This document shows positions 52,101 through 64,000 of a stretch of DNA of 64,000 nucleotides, in pieces. The translations under genes and the position numbers were made by a program. Positions within the stretch are counted from its first letter, which is position 1; each line of letters opens with the position of its first letter. Below the pieces are notes generated by a model. The model saw only the letters and a list, made by a program, of their open reading frames with translations, did no database searches and had not been told where the DNA came from. Origin of the DNA: Styela clava (lineage: Eukaryota); assembly GCF_964204865.1 (NCBI RefSeq), contig NC_135261.1, positions 7,502,001 through 7,566,000 on the forward strand, given 5' to 3'.

Positions 52101-55100
52101 ATCTAGATTGTGACGCATCGTGTCGTCTGACTTTTTTCCAGTGCTTCTGTTTGGCTTCAATATACGCCAGCATAGCCGCCAAATCCTATATTTTGAACTT
52201 TTTTTTCATAGGATTTTGTATGTGGACGGCCGCATTTTTTTCGCGACGGCCACATGCGGCCGTACGCCGCAGGTTGTGCACCGTTGCTCTAGATCTTAAA
52301 AATGTATATTGTTATTCAAGTTACTATCATATTTTGGTTTCCCTTAATATTACCCTTAACTTGTTGTGAAGATTCTAAAAATAACATCTGTACTTTAAAT
52401 GTGTACTGTATCTGTACATCTGTAAATTTTAAGATGTTCAAATAAAATTGCATAATTGAGAAATTGGAAAAACATCTTCACATTTGTAAAATTTTCATGC
52501 AAACAAATATCGGTCAATTGGAACGATTATTGAATAATAATTATGTAAAATCAAAATCACTTACTTATCTGTGTAGCCCAGTATGGATACCTTCCCCGAT
52601 CTAGATTGTCCAATCGTCCATAATAAGCATGATGATTGTTATAGAAAACTGATGAGGCTGTGATTTGTGAGTCAGCAATGATGTGACGATTCTTTACACC
52701 CATGTAGCAAATCTCGGCTGGAATTTATATCAGAATTATGAGGAAATAGTAAATATTGTATATTATGACGTTTCATTTCATGATTGTCTCATTTGTATTA
52801 GCTGGGAACAATGAGCACTGTAGGTGTTTCGAGTTAATTAAACCGGGAATATGAAAATACAATTCAACGTAATAACATATATCAACAGTGGTAGAATACT
52901 TACGATTTGTCATCGCCATGAGTCTTTTATTCATCAAGAAAGAATCTTGAAAGAAAAAAAAACAAGAACGTTGAAATATTCAAAAATATGTACTATGTAT
53001 AACATGTATCAATTGAACCGTAATTAACCAATTACATTACATTTTCGGAATTATTCGTTTCAAATCATCACCTTCCAACTTCTTTATTCTTTCTTCTAGA
53101 TGTTCTGGTGTTCCAGGTTCTCCTCTTACCCCGGGTAATCCACGTTCTCCTTTATTTCCTTTTTTTCCTGGCCTTCTTTGGCACTGACTCGAGTCACATC
53201 TGGCGAGACTCGCGTTGACGTTTGCCACCACGTGTGAAAAAAAATCATACAATGTCGGCATATGACATAAGTCACATAACACACAGGGAAAAAGCAAAAT
53301 CAAGGTGACCACAACGATAAATTTCATATTAGATTTTCGGATAATATTTCCTAAAATATATTAGCAGAATTGGATTAAAATGGTACAAATGGTAAGTTCT
53401 TCAAAAAATTATATAAATTTATCATTTTACACTTTGAAGCTAAGAAGAGATTTTGAAAGCATAATTTGCTTTACATATGAAGCATGCGTTTCAGATAAAT
53501 CAGCTCTATTATTTCATTGGTGTTGGCGTAATTAGCTAGCGTAATATTCCCAATTAAATGTAGGGGTGAGTGAAGTTGACTATGTTGCTAACCTACATAT
53601 ATGTTAATTTTATGTTTTCCAATTTTCAGGTTTGGTGATATATTGTTATCTTCAAAACATTCACCCAAAGTATGTTTTGAAGGAATATAATATGATTAAT
53701 AGCGTTTAGAACTAGGTAACTCTTTCTTAGTTATTACGTGTAAACTTTTCTGTAAAATATCTAAATATTTAACAAAAAAATTACGGTAGAATTATTGAAA
53801 CCAATAAATTAGAATAGTGGTATTTGTAGAAAATAAACATCGCTATGTATAAGGGGTAAATATTTTTAGAGGATTAGGCGAGGAAATTTAAAGAAGCCTC
53901 TACCACACGCTCACATCATAAATTATAACTGTAAACATTAGAAATCATCACTAAATCAGGGCGGAATAACCTGTGCGGTGGTGTGTTTCGGTTGCACTAT
54001 ATAGCAAAATTCAAAAATATTCTAGACGTAATTAGTAATTAATTACCTATAATTAGATAATTGCTTGGCGTGCTTCTCTGTGTTAATACATATATAATAT
54101 GACACCTCCATTTCATCTATCAGTGATTCCAAAAGTGGGCAACATATCTCTCTGGAGGTCAAAGGGAGATACATTATGGGGCAAAAAACGACAGGCGATA
54201 GCACATTCAATTTTCGCTTATAGGTTGTACCTATAACCAAATTGTCTCCTAATATTAAGAAAACTTCTTGACAATCAACAAGCTGCCCACCCCATTAGAG
54301 GAGAAGACACCATAAACACATTAGAACACTTGTTTAATTGATTTGTAATGATCTTGTTTTTAATTTACTTTAATTTTTGAATTGCCGGGTGCCATAATAA
54401 CGTATAAAGTGCTGTAAATGCGCAATGGTACATAAATACAAGAGAATAATAAGCGAATTTATGTTTGAGATAAAAACAATTCCTTACCATCTTAGGCACA
54501 AGTATATGAGATATAGAAATCCAATTTTCTAGCGAAAAACGACCCAGAAAAATACTTTGATTTCAGTCGCATCGTACAGCTTATACCAAAACGTACAGGG
54601 TTAGAGTGTGGAAAAAGTTTCTGCATCCCTGCTCTGAATAATGACAATTTCTGCTAATGTACAACTCACGCTTCATTGATTTGCTCGGCGCCAAGGAGAC
54701 TTGAGGCCGAGCTGGCTGAGGTACGAAGAACCTCAGTGAAAAGCACCCTATCTGCAAAACTAACAACCGAAGAACTATTACTCTCAAATTGTATCAGCGG
54801 AATTGAAATAAAAATATACAAATGGTGAGTTTTTCAAAATTTCATATGAATTGATCCTTTTACGACATAGAGCTGAGTAGGGTTTTTAAAGTCATAATTT
54901 GCTTCACATATGAAACATGAGTTCCAGTTTAATCAGCTCTATTTAGTTTAGTAGTAGTATTTTAGAAGATACGTATTTACTATAGTACTTGTAATACTTT
55001 ACTTATACTTGTTTTTGCAGATGTTATTATGTCGTATGAAAATCTACCCTTTTTATACCTTACCGTCTGAAAATTAGACATCTGAATCAAAAGCATGACG

Positions 55101-56757
55101 GGTGGGGAACACAGTGAATAACAAAATAATTGCATTCAAAATTTTCAAACACCTATCCTCATTCATTTTACTGTGTCACACTTTCTAATTACTGGTGTTG
55201 TTAAAATTAAAATACACAAATAAATAGAAATTGGGATGCTGGTTTTAACTTAATTAGGAAGTTAATTATTATCAAATAAAAACTTCGTCAGATTTCATAA
55301 AAAAACGTTCCTATTTTCTAATTTGAAAACAACTCCTAACTATATATCTTAAAACATAACATATTTTTATGAGGAGTTTCACATCTCCCCCACATCCAAC
55401 TTTGAATCTAACAATTTCGCTTATGATGCACCGGCGGACTCGGCCGCACTAAGCAGCAGAGTACTTGGTTACGCTCTTCATGTTTTAAATATTTTTTTTC
55501 AATGAGCAATATAGTGTTATTCATCTGATTCATATAATCTCTGAATTCATCTTTTTTTAGAAAACATTTTTATGAAAAGTAAAAATTTAAATGGGAAATT
55601 TAATACACTCAGACATAAAATAAATTGTTTATTTTATCTACTCTTGAGAGAGTCTAACAATTTATTTAACGCATTAATTGCTGTTAAAATACTGCATTGT
55701 CACGATGATTGGTATTCATCTGTTTAATATGGAATATGTCCTCAAAGTGAAATGATTTAAGTGACCATTAATTTATTTTTTGATGAAAATAAGTGGGGAT
55801 ATGTTATACTCATGTAAATGATCAAGTATTGTTATTTCAACTAAAACTGAGTGCACTCAGCCAATGTCAATACCGCCACGCGTTTATTGACGTAGCCGAT
55901 ATTATTTGATATTGAAATATTCCAATCTCACGATGATGGTAAATGTTTGTCGATAACTTCAAGATCGAGAAGCGCTGCTTAGGTATTCGATCTCAGAATA
56001 TCTCAACAGATGTACTATCCTGATATCATTAATTCGAAATTAGAATTATTTTTTCATGACCATGCCAAAATATAGGCCGTTAAATTATCTGAAATTCGAA
56101 AGCAATTCATTTTAAAAGAAAATACTCTCTGATAATGCTGTCGTAGTTTGTCATGGCGTTAGAAATTCCTGTTCAAATGTTGGAGATCATTAACAAACAC
56201 ATGGTAAAAGTTGCGACATGAGCGCCTGGGCAGTATAAATTGGTAAATTAACCACCAAGCGAGTGATACCTGGTAAACGTGGAATCCCAGTAATAGTTTG
56301 CCCGCACCTTTATTTAGCACGGGTTTTCTAGTAGTTGCAGGCACAACAATTTTGGTTGTTGATTTTATGCCACGCTGTATTCGTTTATTTTTCAATAGTA
56401 GGCCTCGACCCACCGATACTTACCTTGATTCATACTTACATGTTGCAGCTTCACACAAGCTAGCTGTTATGACATTGTAATGTTATGGGCATAGATAATA
56501 AAATGGACTCTTGTTTAGATATAATAAGTGGTACAAAAAAGAAATGCTCAAATATATAGTCTTCTAGCGATAACAACAATATTTAACCACAGGAAATTTT
56601 AAAGCAATTGGTCCAATAATTAAAAAGAATAGCGATTTTTTCACTACAACAATAACGATGAAAAAAGAAGACCTCAACAACAACATTATAACAAATCTTG
56701 GTTTCTACTAATACGGATAATAAAAAGTATCGACTTAACTTTTTTACTTCTTGTTAG

Positions 56758-57749
56758 GTGGGAACAATTATCATATGTATGTATCACATTATTGCCATCA
56801 TAGTATTGGTGAATATGTTGATCGCTATGATGAGCAACAGCTTCCAGAAAACTCACGACGATGCGGAGAGAGAATGGAAGTTTCATCGGTGAGTTTTCTC
56901 TCTCTCGTTTTTTTTCTCTCCTTTCTTCCGTTGGTAATTAATTGCACAATCAACTTGTGTGCCGATACCACCTTTTTTGCCGATATCGATCCGATACCAA
57001 TGAAAAGCCGCCGATACCGACAAGACGACATTTTGAATTGCCAATATTCTCTTCTAGATAAAATAAAAAAACTGAAAAAAGCAAAAATATCGGTCTGTTT
57101 TAGCAGATACCAATACAATTTCTGATATCGACAAAATTGCCGATATTGCCCGATACACGAAATCGATTTATCGGCATATCTCTACTTAGCCTACGGCGGA
57201 TGTTCCTAAACATAAAACTCCCAACGCAGTCACTTTGTGTTATGCAAATCACGGCGCATTGCAAAGAAATTTACTTTACTAAACTTTTATCGGAAAAGTT
57301 TTGAATATACCACTGGTTTACAGAATAGTATATGCGAGTGTAAAATGTGAACTAATTGGTTTCGGTACATCTCATAGCGTGGGCCCTCTTTAAAATTTCA
57401 ATCCCCCATTTCTACTGAAATAAATTGATTAATTCCACCAAAATGTAGCTGCTCTCTATATATGCGGTTGGCCAGAACCTTGCCTATTCCATTATTTAGA
57501 ATCAACTCATTGATATTTTGTATTTGTCTAGAATTAGCTCACTCTATTAAGATTTTTCACAGGATGCAACTTTGGTTAAAATTCATTCGAAATGAAATCA
57601 ATCGGCCTCCCCCTAGGAATTTGCTTCCGCGACCAAAACAAATACGACTATTGGCAAATAAATTGATGAAAAAGTTCCAATTTTGTGGACGAGGAGAAGA
57701 CACAAATACTATCGAAGAAGATGGGAGATTACAGAATCCAATACGAATG
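56758..57749 (+). CDS. Two exons of a TRPC-like cation channel (S6 helix, TRP box, proline-rich TRP box 2); fragmentary
   Basis: Exon 56758-56888 VGTIIICMYHIIAIIVLVNMLIAMMSNSFQKTHDDAEREWKFHR (cf. TRPC LNMLIAMMSNS...EWKFAR) splices in phase to exon 57563-57749 MQLWLKFIRNEINRPPPRNLLP...; canonical splice sites. No other channel exons recognised. Confidence 0.82.
56957..57184. mobile_element. MITE fragment with CCGATAC repeats in the TRP intron
   Basis: Multiple ccgatac/ccgatat units, ending tatcggcatatctcta. Confidence 0.55.
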
Positions 57750-59861
57750 GTAAAATAAAAACCATACTTTTATCCTTTGTAAATACGCTCCAAATGTCCT
57801 TAATTCACAAAGTATAAACATCGCTAAATATTACATTCTTTTATTTTCAAAAATATATCTCCTGAATATGTTTAAAAGTTGGGTCAGGGCTTTATGGCAT
57901 TTTTTTTTTATCAGAGTCAAAGCATGGCATCTGCTATTCTCTAGCTATCTAGATTCTAGAATGTGATACTCACAACAGTGATAGTGTCAAACTGTTCATA
58001 AAAACTGATTTAGCGTTTTTAGCAGGATATTAAAGAAGGACTAAGCACGCCAAAGTTGTTTTCGCCAAAATTTTGTTTTCTCAAAGTTCTAAACTGGACT
58101 AGGAGTCTAATGTTTTCTAAACCCGGAATAAAATTCAGAGCTCCGGTTATATTTCTATAACTTGAGGTCGGATTCGATTGTAAATTTTTTCCTCCTCACA
58201 ACCATGCGCTAACAAGTAAAGTTTCATAGTTTTCTCCGAACAAGGCTTTTATCGAGTAATTTTAGATTCATTTCCTGTTAGAATTAAATTGGTAAAACTT
58301 TTGTGACCGCATGGAGAAGTCAACTACACATCTGTATTGTACACGCGTAATATAAAACCATTTCTGTTAATTGTTTATTCATTCGTTAAATGTGTAATTC
58401 AAGATACTAAACGTCTAAATCAGGGGTGGGCAACTTCTCTAGTCGGCGGGCCAGATGAAAAAAAATAAAGCCCTCGGCGGGCCGGATTATTACAAAAAAT
58501 ACTCCGATATCCAATCTTTGTTAAATGCTCGACACTCTCTGTCAACTTTACGTTTCTTGGGATATTACATGGTTAATAAAACCTAATATAAAACCTAATT
58601 TCTAAAATCTTTTTATATTTAGATTCCAAATATAACTGATAACAGTAGTGGGGAATGTTCACAACGCTCTCTGCTCTGACCTTATATTGTTTGTATAACA
58701 AGTGTGCTAACGCAATTGTTTGTTTACTAAGACAATTGTTTATTTCACCAGCCCACACTGACGGTGCGGTGAGAGTAGAGCAATCGGCAACTTTCATGAA
58801 TGATGCGTCGGACCACATTACAGAGTGGTTGGATACGAGCTACTTGATGATAAAATATAGCTCAGTTGCACTTTACCATTACGAATCGCGGTTGGAAAAA
58901 AGACTAGTCGTGTTATCCAGATCTAATGAATAACTTGTTTCACTTTTCTTTAAAAAATTTGAGACATTAGAAATGGATGTTTAGGGAAGACTGTTTTATA
59001 TGCCAATTGCTATAATGACGTCCCGATGTTTTATGATGGATAAAAAGAGAGTCAAATTGTGTAGACGTATATGACGTCACCAATGATGTCACAAATTCGA
59101 AGTATTATTATACAAAGTTAAGGTATGCCATAATGATTATTCTGAGTCTAAATATCTTAAAATATTCCGTAACATCAACTTTTTATAAATTGTAGCTAGT
59201 TTTAATTGATTGATCTTTAAAATGAAAACCATTTTTCAACCTTTTTAAATGACACAATTTGATTCTTAAATGTCATCAGAAACTGATTTTTTTTGTAATG
59301 ACATCACAGTCTCAATAATCGAATTTGACGGCACTAACTATCTATCGTTTCAAAAACTGAAATCTTTGACTGGCGTAATAAACTAAGTATTATAATGACG
59401 TTTATATGATGTTTATTATGACGTCACGGATGCAAGCTTTAAAATGGCGTCATAAATTCGAGATTCTGAAAGACGTCACAAACTTAAGATTTAAACGAGT
59501 TCACAAAATTTAGCTGCTTTTGAATAAAATTTCTGGAATGACGTAGAAAACGTAGAAAGTTTTTGATGATTTGCTGAAAACCGAAATTTTTGAACTGGGC
59601 TAAACTTTCAGAAACTTAGCCCGGTAAATGAAAAATAAACGTCTTACTTTTAACTTCTGTGTGAGATATACTAAAGGTGCTAATGAGATATGCTGTAATC
59701 ATTTCTGTACGTTTTCCACATAATCTAGTTCATAGTATTTCATGTTGGTTTGCTATGGGATATATTTATAGCCTGTTACAAATATATATCATAAATTCTT
59801 GAAATAATGTTTTTTTTTATTTAGCTGGACATTATTAGTATTACATAAAATCTTGCTTTAA

Positions 59862-61304
59862 AGGTGGGTTATCACACAAACATTTTTGTAGCAAATTTGA
59901 TTCTATATAATTTATTACGATTTTTGGCGTTTATCGTTTGCATAAAATGGACCTCGTTTGCGAGACTCGTATTTTTAAAAGTCGACCCTGCCGAAATCGA
60001 ACGCAAATTAGTATGTCCCGTTGATGACGTAGTAGTGAGATCTCGTAGGCGAAACTTTGCATTAGGTCAAAGGCAATTATAGCATTCTGTGTACTCGTTT
60101 TGAACCGTGTGCTAGTTCTATTGGGCGGCGCATTTGGAGGAAGCTTTTGTGATTTAAATCAATACCAATATCTTTAAATAATATTATTGCATTATGAGAA
60201 ATTGCAATGTGGAATGTGAAAATGGAATGTGTAGTTGGTGGTTACAGCAGATTTTACAGGGATGGATCTGTCTTGAAGCAGAAAACTATGGATAAAATTT
60301 TCGCAAGTAACCTCTCCGTGGAACTAAAAGAAGACCTCTAAGTCGAAGGATCGTTTCAGCCTTAAAATTATGTTGGAATCCTTGCAAACTTCTACCCACA
60401 GCCCGAAACGACAATACTTCACGCAGTTATTCAAATCAGTTTTTATTTATTTTTAACATTTTATTACAAGTTTTCATCATATGTAATTCATTCATGCCAA
60501 AAAATGTGTTGTCACGAATCTCCATTAGTTGATCGATAACAACTGGACTGTGTTGTTAATAGCAGAGTGCACTGGAAAACGAAGTATACATTAAATTGAT
60601 GGAACTGACATAAAAATAAGATCAGGATAATATCACCAGACAGTTTAGTAAGGTTCAACATACAACAGTGTCTTGTTGCATAATAATGTGAAATGAATAT
60701 AAAAAAAAACTGAGCCATTATTGGGATTGTACGTTTATCTGGTACCGGTAGTAGACTATCACTCTTTTGGTAAATGTACAAATTGGCGATTTGTATTTGT
60801 TGGTTCATACAAAAGTGTGACTGGGTATCATCATGCTTTGACTAAATATTTTTATCAACCAGTCGATAAACGAAATAAAGTGGTAAATACTTACTCTAGA
60901 ATCAGTTCTTCAAAGCCTCCTGACGTACCGGTACGATCATTACATAAAACGCCTTGGCTTGATCCCCTCACATTCAGAACTTCTTATGCATTAGCATTTA
61001 GGCTTAACAATACATTATTGTTTCAATCTTTATTATGCTAAGCGATGAGAAACTAGATTTAAACGCCAAAAGCAGGTTGAACACCTAACTCGCCAATGAC
61101 GAGGGAGCTAATTTCTGGAATGAGTTCTCACTACTACGTCATCGAAGGCCGTTTCCGATACTGGGTCGATTTTCGTTGAAGCGGTTTTTAAAAATTCCTA
61201 AGTAGAAAACTAAGTCCACTTTATGCAAGCGGTAAACGTTAAAAATCTTAAAATAATATATAGAATCAAATTTTCCACAAAAATGTGTGCGTGATAACCC
61301 ACCT
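59862..61304. mobile_element. Kolobok-like non-autonomous DNA transposon (~1.44 kb)
   Basis: ~28-bp TIRs aggtgggttatcacacaaacatttttgt / acaaaaatgtgtgcgtgataacccacct, TTAA on both sides, AG...CT termini. Confidence 0.8.
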
Positions 61305-61391
61305 TTAAGCCACAAAATGTTGCCTATTATTCAAAGTATTGTCGTGTGACGTCAAAAACGTATTGGAAACGTCTTTCATCATTCTTTAAAG

Positions 61392-61704
61392 CGTGGTTCT
61401 CAAACTTTTTAAATCACGACTCCTTTTAAGAATTTGTCAAGTCTTGCGAACATCTCAAAAATAACTCGCTAACAATAATCTACAAAGAACAGATATTAAG
61501 GCGAAAGTATATTTTATTCGAAAAACACGTCGGAAATACTTGGATGAAAAATAAATATCCAAAATAAAGAAATTTAAAGATTCAAAATAAGATCAAATCT
61601 AAGAAATATTTTTTAATTTCAATTAGCCTGGCGCCCCCTCGAAAATTTTGCTACGCCCTCAGCACCCCCAATTTGGATGGCACCCAACCGTGAAAGAACC
61701 ACTG
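61392..61704. mobile_element. hAT-type MITE
   Basis: gtggttctcaaac ... gaaagaaccactg; internal sequence related to ~12580-12780 and ~62600-62680. Confidence 0.6.
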
Positions 61705-63939
61705 ATTTAGCAGATGATATTGTATACTTTTAAATAACAGTGAACAAATTGATTCATTTTAATCGCGCTGAAGTCCTATTTTTTCGGTTTTTCAACCTGC
61801 ATCTCTTTCTTCAATTTTGCCCCAAATATGACCCATGATTAACTAGATATTATGCCCCTAATAATCCGAAATTTCTAAACTTTAAATGATAGGGAAAATT
61901 CTCAAAAACATTGCCTGATACAATCTTTCAACGTTTCTTCCAGTTTACCGCCATTCTTGGTTTTCCATTACTTATAATGGTAAAATATTATGTTCAAAAT
62001 TAAAAGCATTATCAGAGTAACAGTGTTTCGTGATTGATCGAAATGATCTAGTTATTGGTCATGAAATGGGATCCTTTTTCCAATTGTTGTTTATTCAAAT
62101 CTTCTTCTTGTTGTTGCTGTTTTTTGTTGTACGGGAACAATTGGCCTTTCTATCGATTTTCGAATTACCTGTTCTGTGAACACGGTTGCACCAAAATGTT
62201 GCTGTTTCGTTAATTCAATGGTGATTATGGGAACACTGGGATTAAGGGGGGACACTACGCATTAATATCTCTTTGTTTGATGACATTTTGACTTGAATAT
62301 AATAAGTGTAATATATATACAATTGAGTATGAAATGAAATGGGGTTCAGTGATATGTGACCTGTCATTATTCAAAATTTAGTGAGTGCAACCGGGTGTAA
62401 ATCTTCTCTTCTTTCACGTCATTTCGTCAAATAAAACTCAAGCAAACGCTTCTAAAATGCCATGAGTAAGGTTTTAGAGCCTATTATTTGACAAAAAAAA
62501 CGTTCTTTTTTAAAATTGACCATTGGATAACAGTTTGAATAGAGGGAATCCTGTTGCCCTGATTCAAATATATTTCTTGGAAACGTCTTTCTTTGGAACA
62601 GTGGTTCTCAAACTTTTTAAACCTCGTCTCATTTTAGAATTTGCCTTGCGCCTCACCTGAAATATAACTAGCTAACTAACACCGAGTTATAAATGAATAA
62701 CATTTTGAATGTCTGGGCTCCTAGGCTCCAGCCTACCTGGCCTAATGGTAAAAATCCGATACTGCTATAAGCCCAATGTCAAAACGCAAAACAGTTATAT
62801 TTTCTTACCGTTGCCACAGTGCCGCGTTCCCTAGCGGTCGTTATCTGATGAATTATTTCTATTCCCGTAGTGTGTGTACCACTTCGGGGCTACGCCATAA
62901 TTTTATTCCGATTTTCCTTATTTTATTCACAAGTTCGGGGACTGTCTGTGGTGGCCCAGTGAACATACCCCCCCATAGGCTTCCGTCCCTTTACACAACG
63001 ACAACTTGATGTGAAGTAGGCGAACAAAATTAATTACCTCCATATTGGTACACACTTCTGGAACGCCGCATTGTCAACTGCACGCCTAATGACAAAACAT
63101 ATAACAGGTTTATTGTCGATGTGCGCTACCTCGAACAACAGTTGACTACTGCCTTGATCTAATCTGATCGGCGAAATAAAATATTCTGTAATTATTCCAC
63201 CAGATGGGGAATAGGTTTTTTTACAGGAAGGTATGACCGATAAATGCCGTCAGCGACGTTATCATGAATTTGCGAGTTAAGCAGCCATTTGAGACATTGT
63301 TTAATCAAAAGTGTGTGATATATATTTTGTGATGTAGTAATACAATTAGCATTTGACAATTGTCGCTAACTTAATTTCGTACGCTTTTTTAGCAAAAAGA
63401 CCTGGCCCCAGTCCCAATGTTGTAGAACTTACAGATACATAGCATATTGTATTGCAAAACAACAAAGATATCTAGTAGCTGACATAGAATGACAAATGAG
63501 AAAAAATTCATCGAACACTAAAAACATTGATATGGCAATAATGTAGAATAGGTATATTATATACACGGTAAAAAACTGAATGAATGCCAGAAGTGTATTT
63601 AACGGAGAGCCATGCTCAAATAGATTAACACGAAGATCAACGCGAAGCAGAACAGTCCCACAATTGGGGAAAATGGATTGTTTTAACTTCGCGCTCTATG
63701 AATATTGAGAGTTGGAAAATAAAATCAAAAAATTTAATATTGCGTGGCGTGCATTCAAACTAAATCGTGGATAAAATGGAACAAAGAAAAAAACTGAAGA
63801 ATAGAAATCAACGAAAGACATGCGTTTTAACATCACCGTATAACAGATTGGTATTTGCTGTTAAATCTAACCCGGTGTAAAATTATTAGTATTGTAATTA
63901 TAGGAATCTCGGGATATTGACAAGTTGATTCCATGTCAG

Positions 63940-64000
63940 TTACAATAAACCATGACACATTCCATCAATGTATTCCAATCTCATGCTCATGTAGCTTTTC
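63940..64000 (-). CDS. Collagen + discoidin family copy 5, 3' end of last exon (gene continues beyond window)
   Basis: Reads KSYMSMRLEYIDGMCHGLL-stop and has the same 3' flank as copies 1-3. Confidence 0.85.
   Translation of the reverse strand, partial: KSYMSMRLEYIDGMCHGLL

Larger units (their letters stand above)
49000..53327 (-). pseudogene. Collagen + discoidin family copy 4, 3'-decayed pseudogene
   Basis: Exons 1-3 are open (53327-53072, 52945-52904, 52717-52565). The exon 4 remnant (~49685-49564) has EW changed to E-stop plus further stops and deletions. The exon 5 remnant (~49077-49000) ends IICRYL-stop. Intron 3 is expanded by transposon debris. Confidence 0.85.

Noticed and set aside
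1-64000. Prokaryotic-type systems (CRISPR arrays, operons, defence islands) and most ORF-track entries
   Set aside because: The sequence is spliced eukaryotic DNA with no repeat-spacer arrays seen. Most short ORFs are antisense or off-frame shadows of exons, or chance ORFs in repeats.

Overview
AT-rich, intron-containing eukaryotic (invertebrate animal) DNA. The compact introns and gene families suggest an ascidian/tunicate, which is an inference. Most ORFs in the supplied track are spurious; the real genes only appear after manual splicing. The window is an innate-immune lectin locus with four main components. (1) A head-to-head pair of type II transmembrane lectin receptor genes: a fibrinogen-related-domain (FReD) gene on - (8223-13345) and an EPN-type C-type lectin gene on + (14105-17743). 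Their start codons are 760 bp apart and their cytoplasmic N-termini share a sequence motif. (2) A tandem family on - of secreted proteins built like collectins/ficolins (signal peptide, Cys-rich N-terminus, short collagen, neck) but ending in an FA58C/discoidin domain. There are three intact 5-exon copies, one pseudogene and a fifth copy running off the window end, and amino-acid differences concentrate in four putative ligand-binding loops. (3) Co-duplicated decayed companion exons and two orphan TRPC-type channel exons. (4) A ~2.05 kb tandem triplication, tRNA-derived SINEs and many non-autonomous DNA transposons (hAT, Kolobok-like, TA-TSD).
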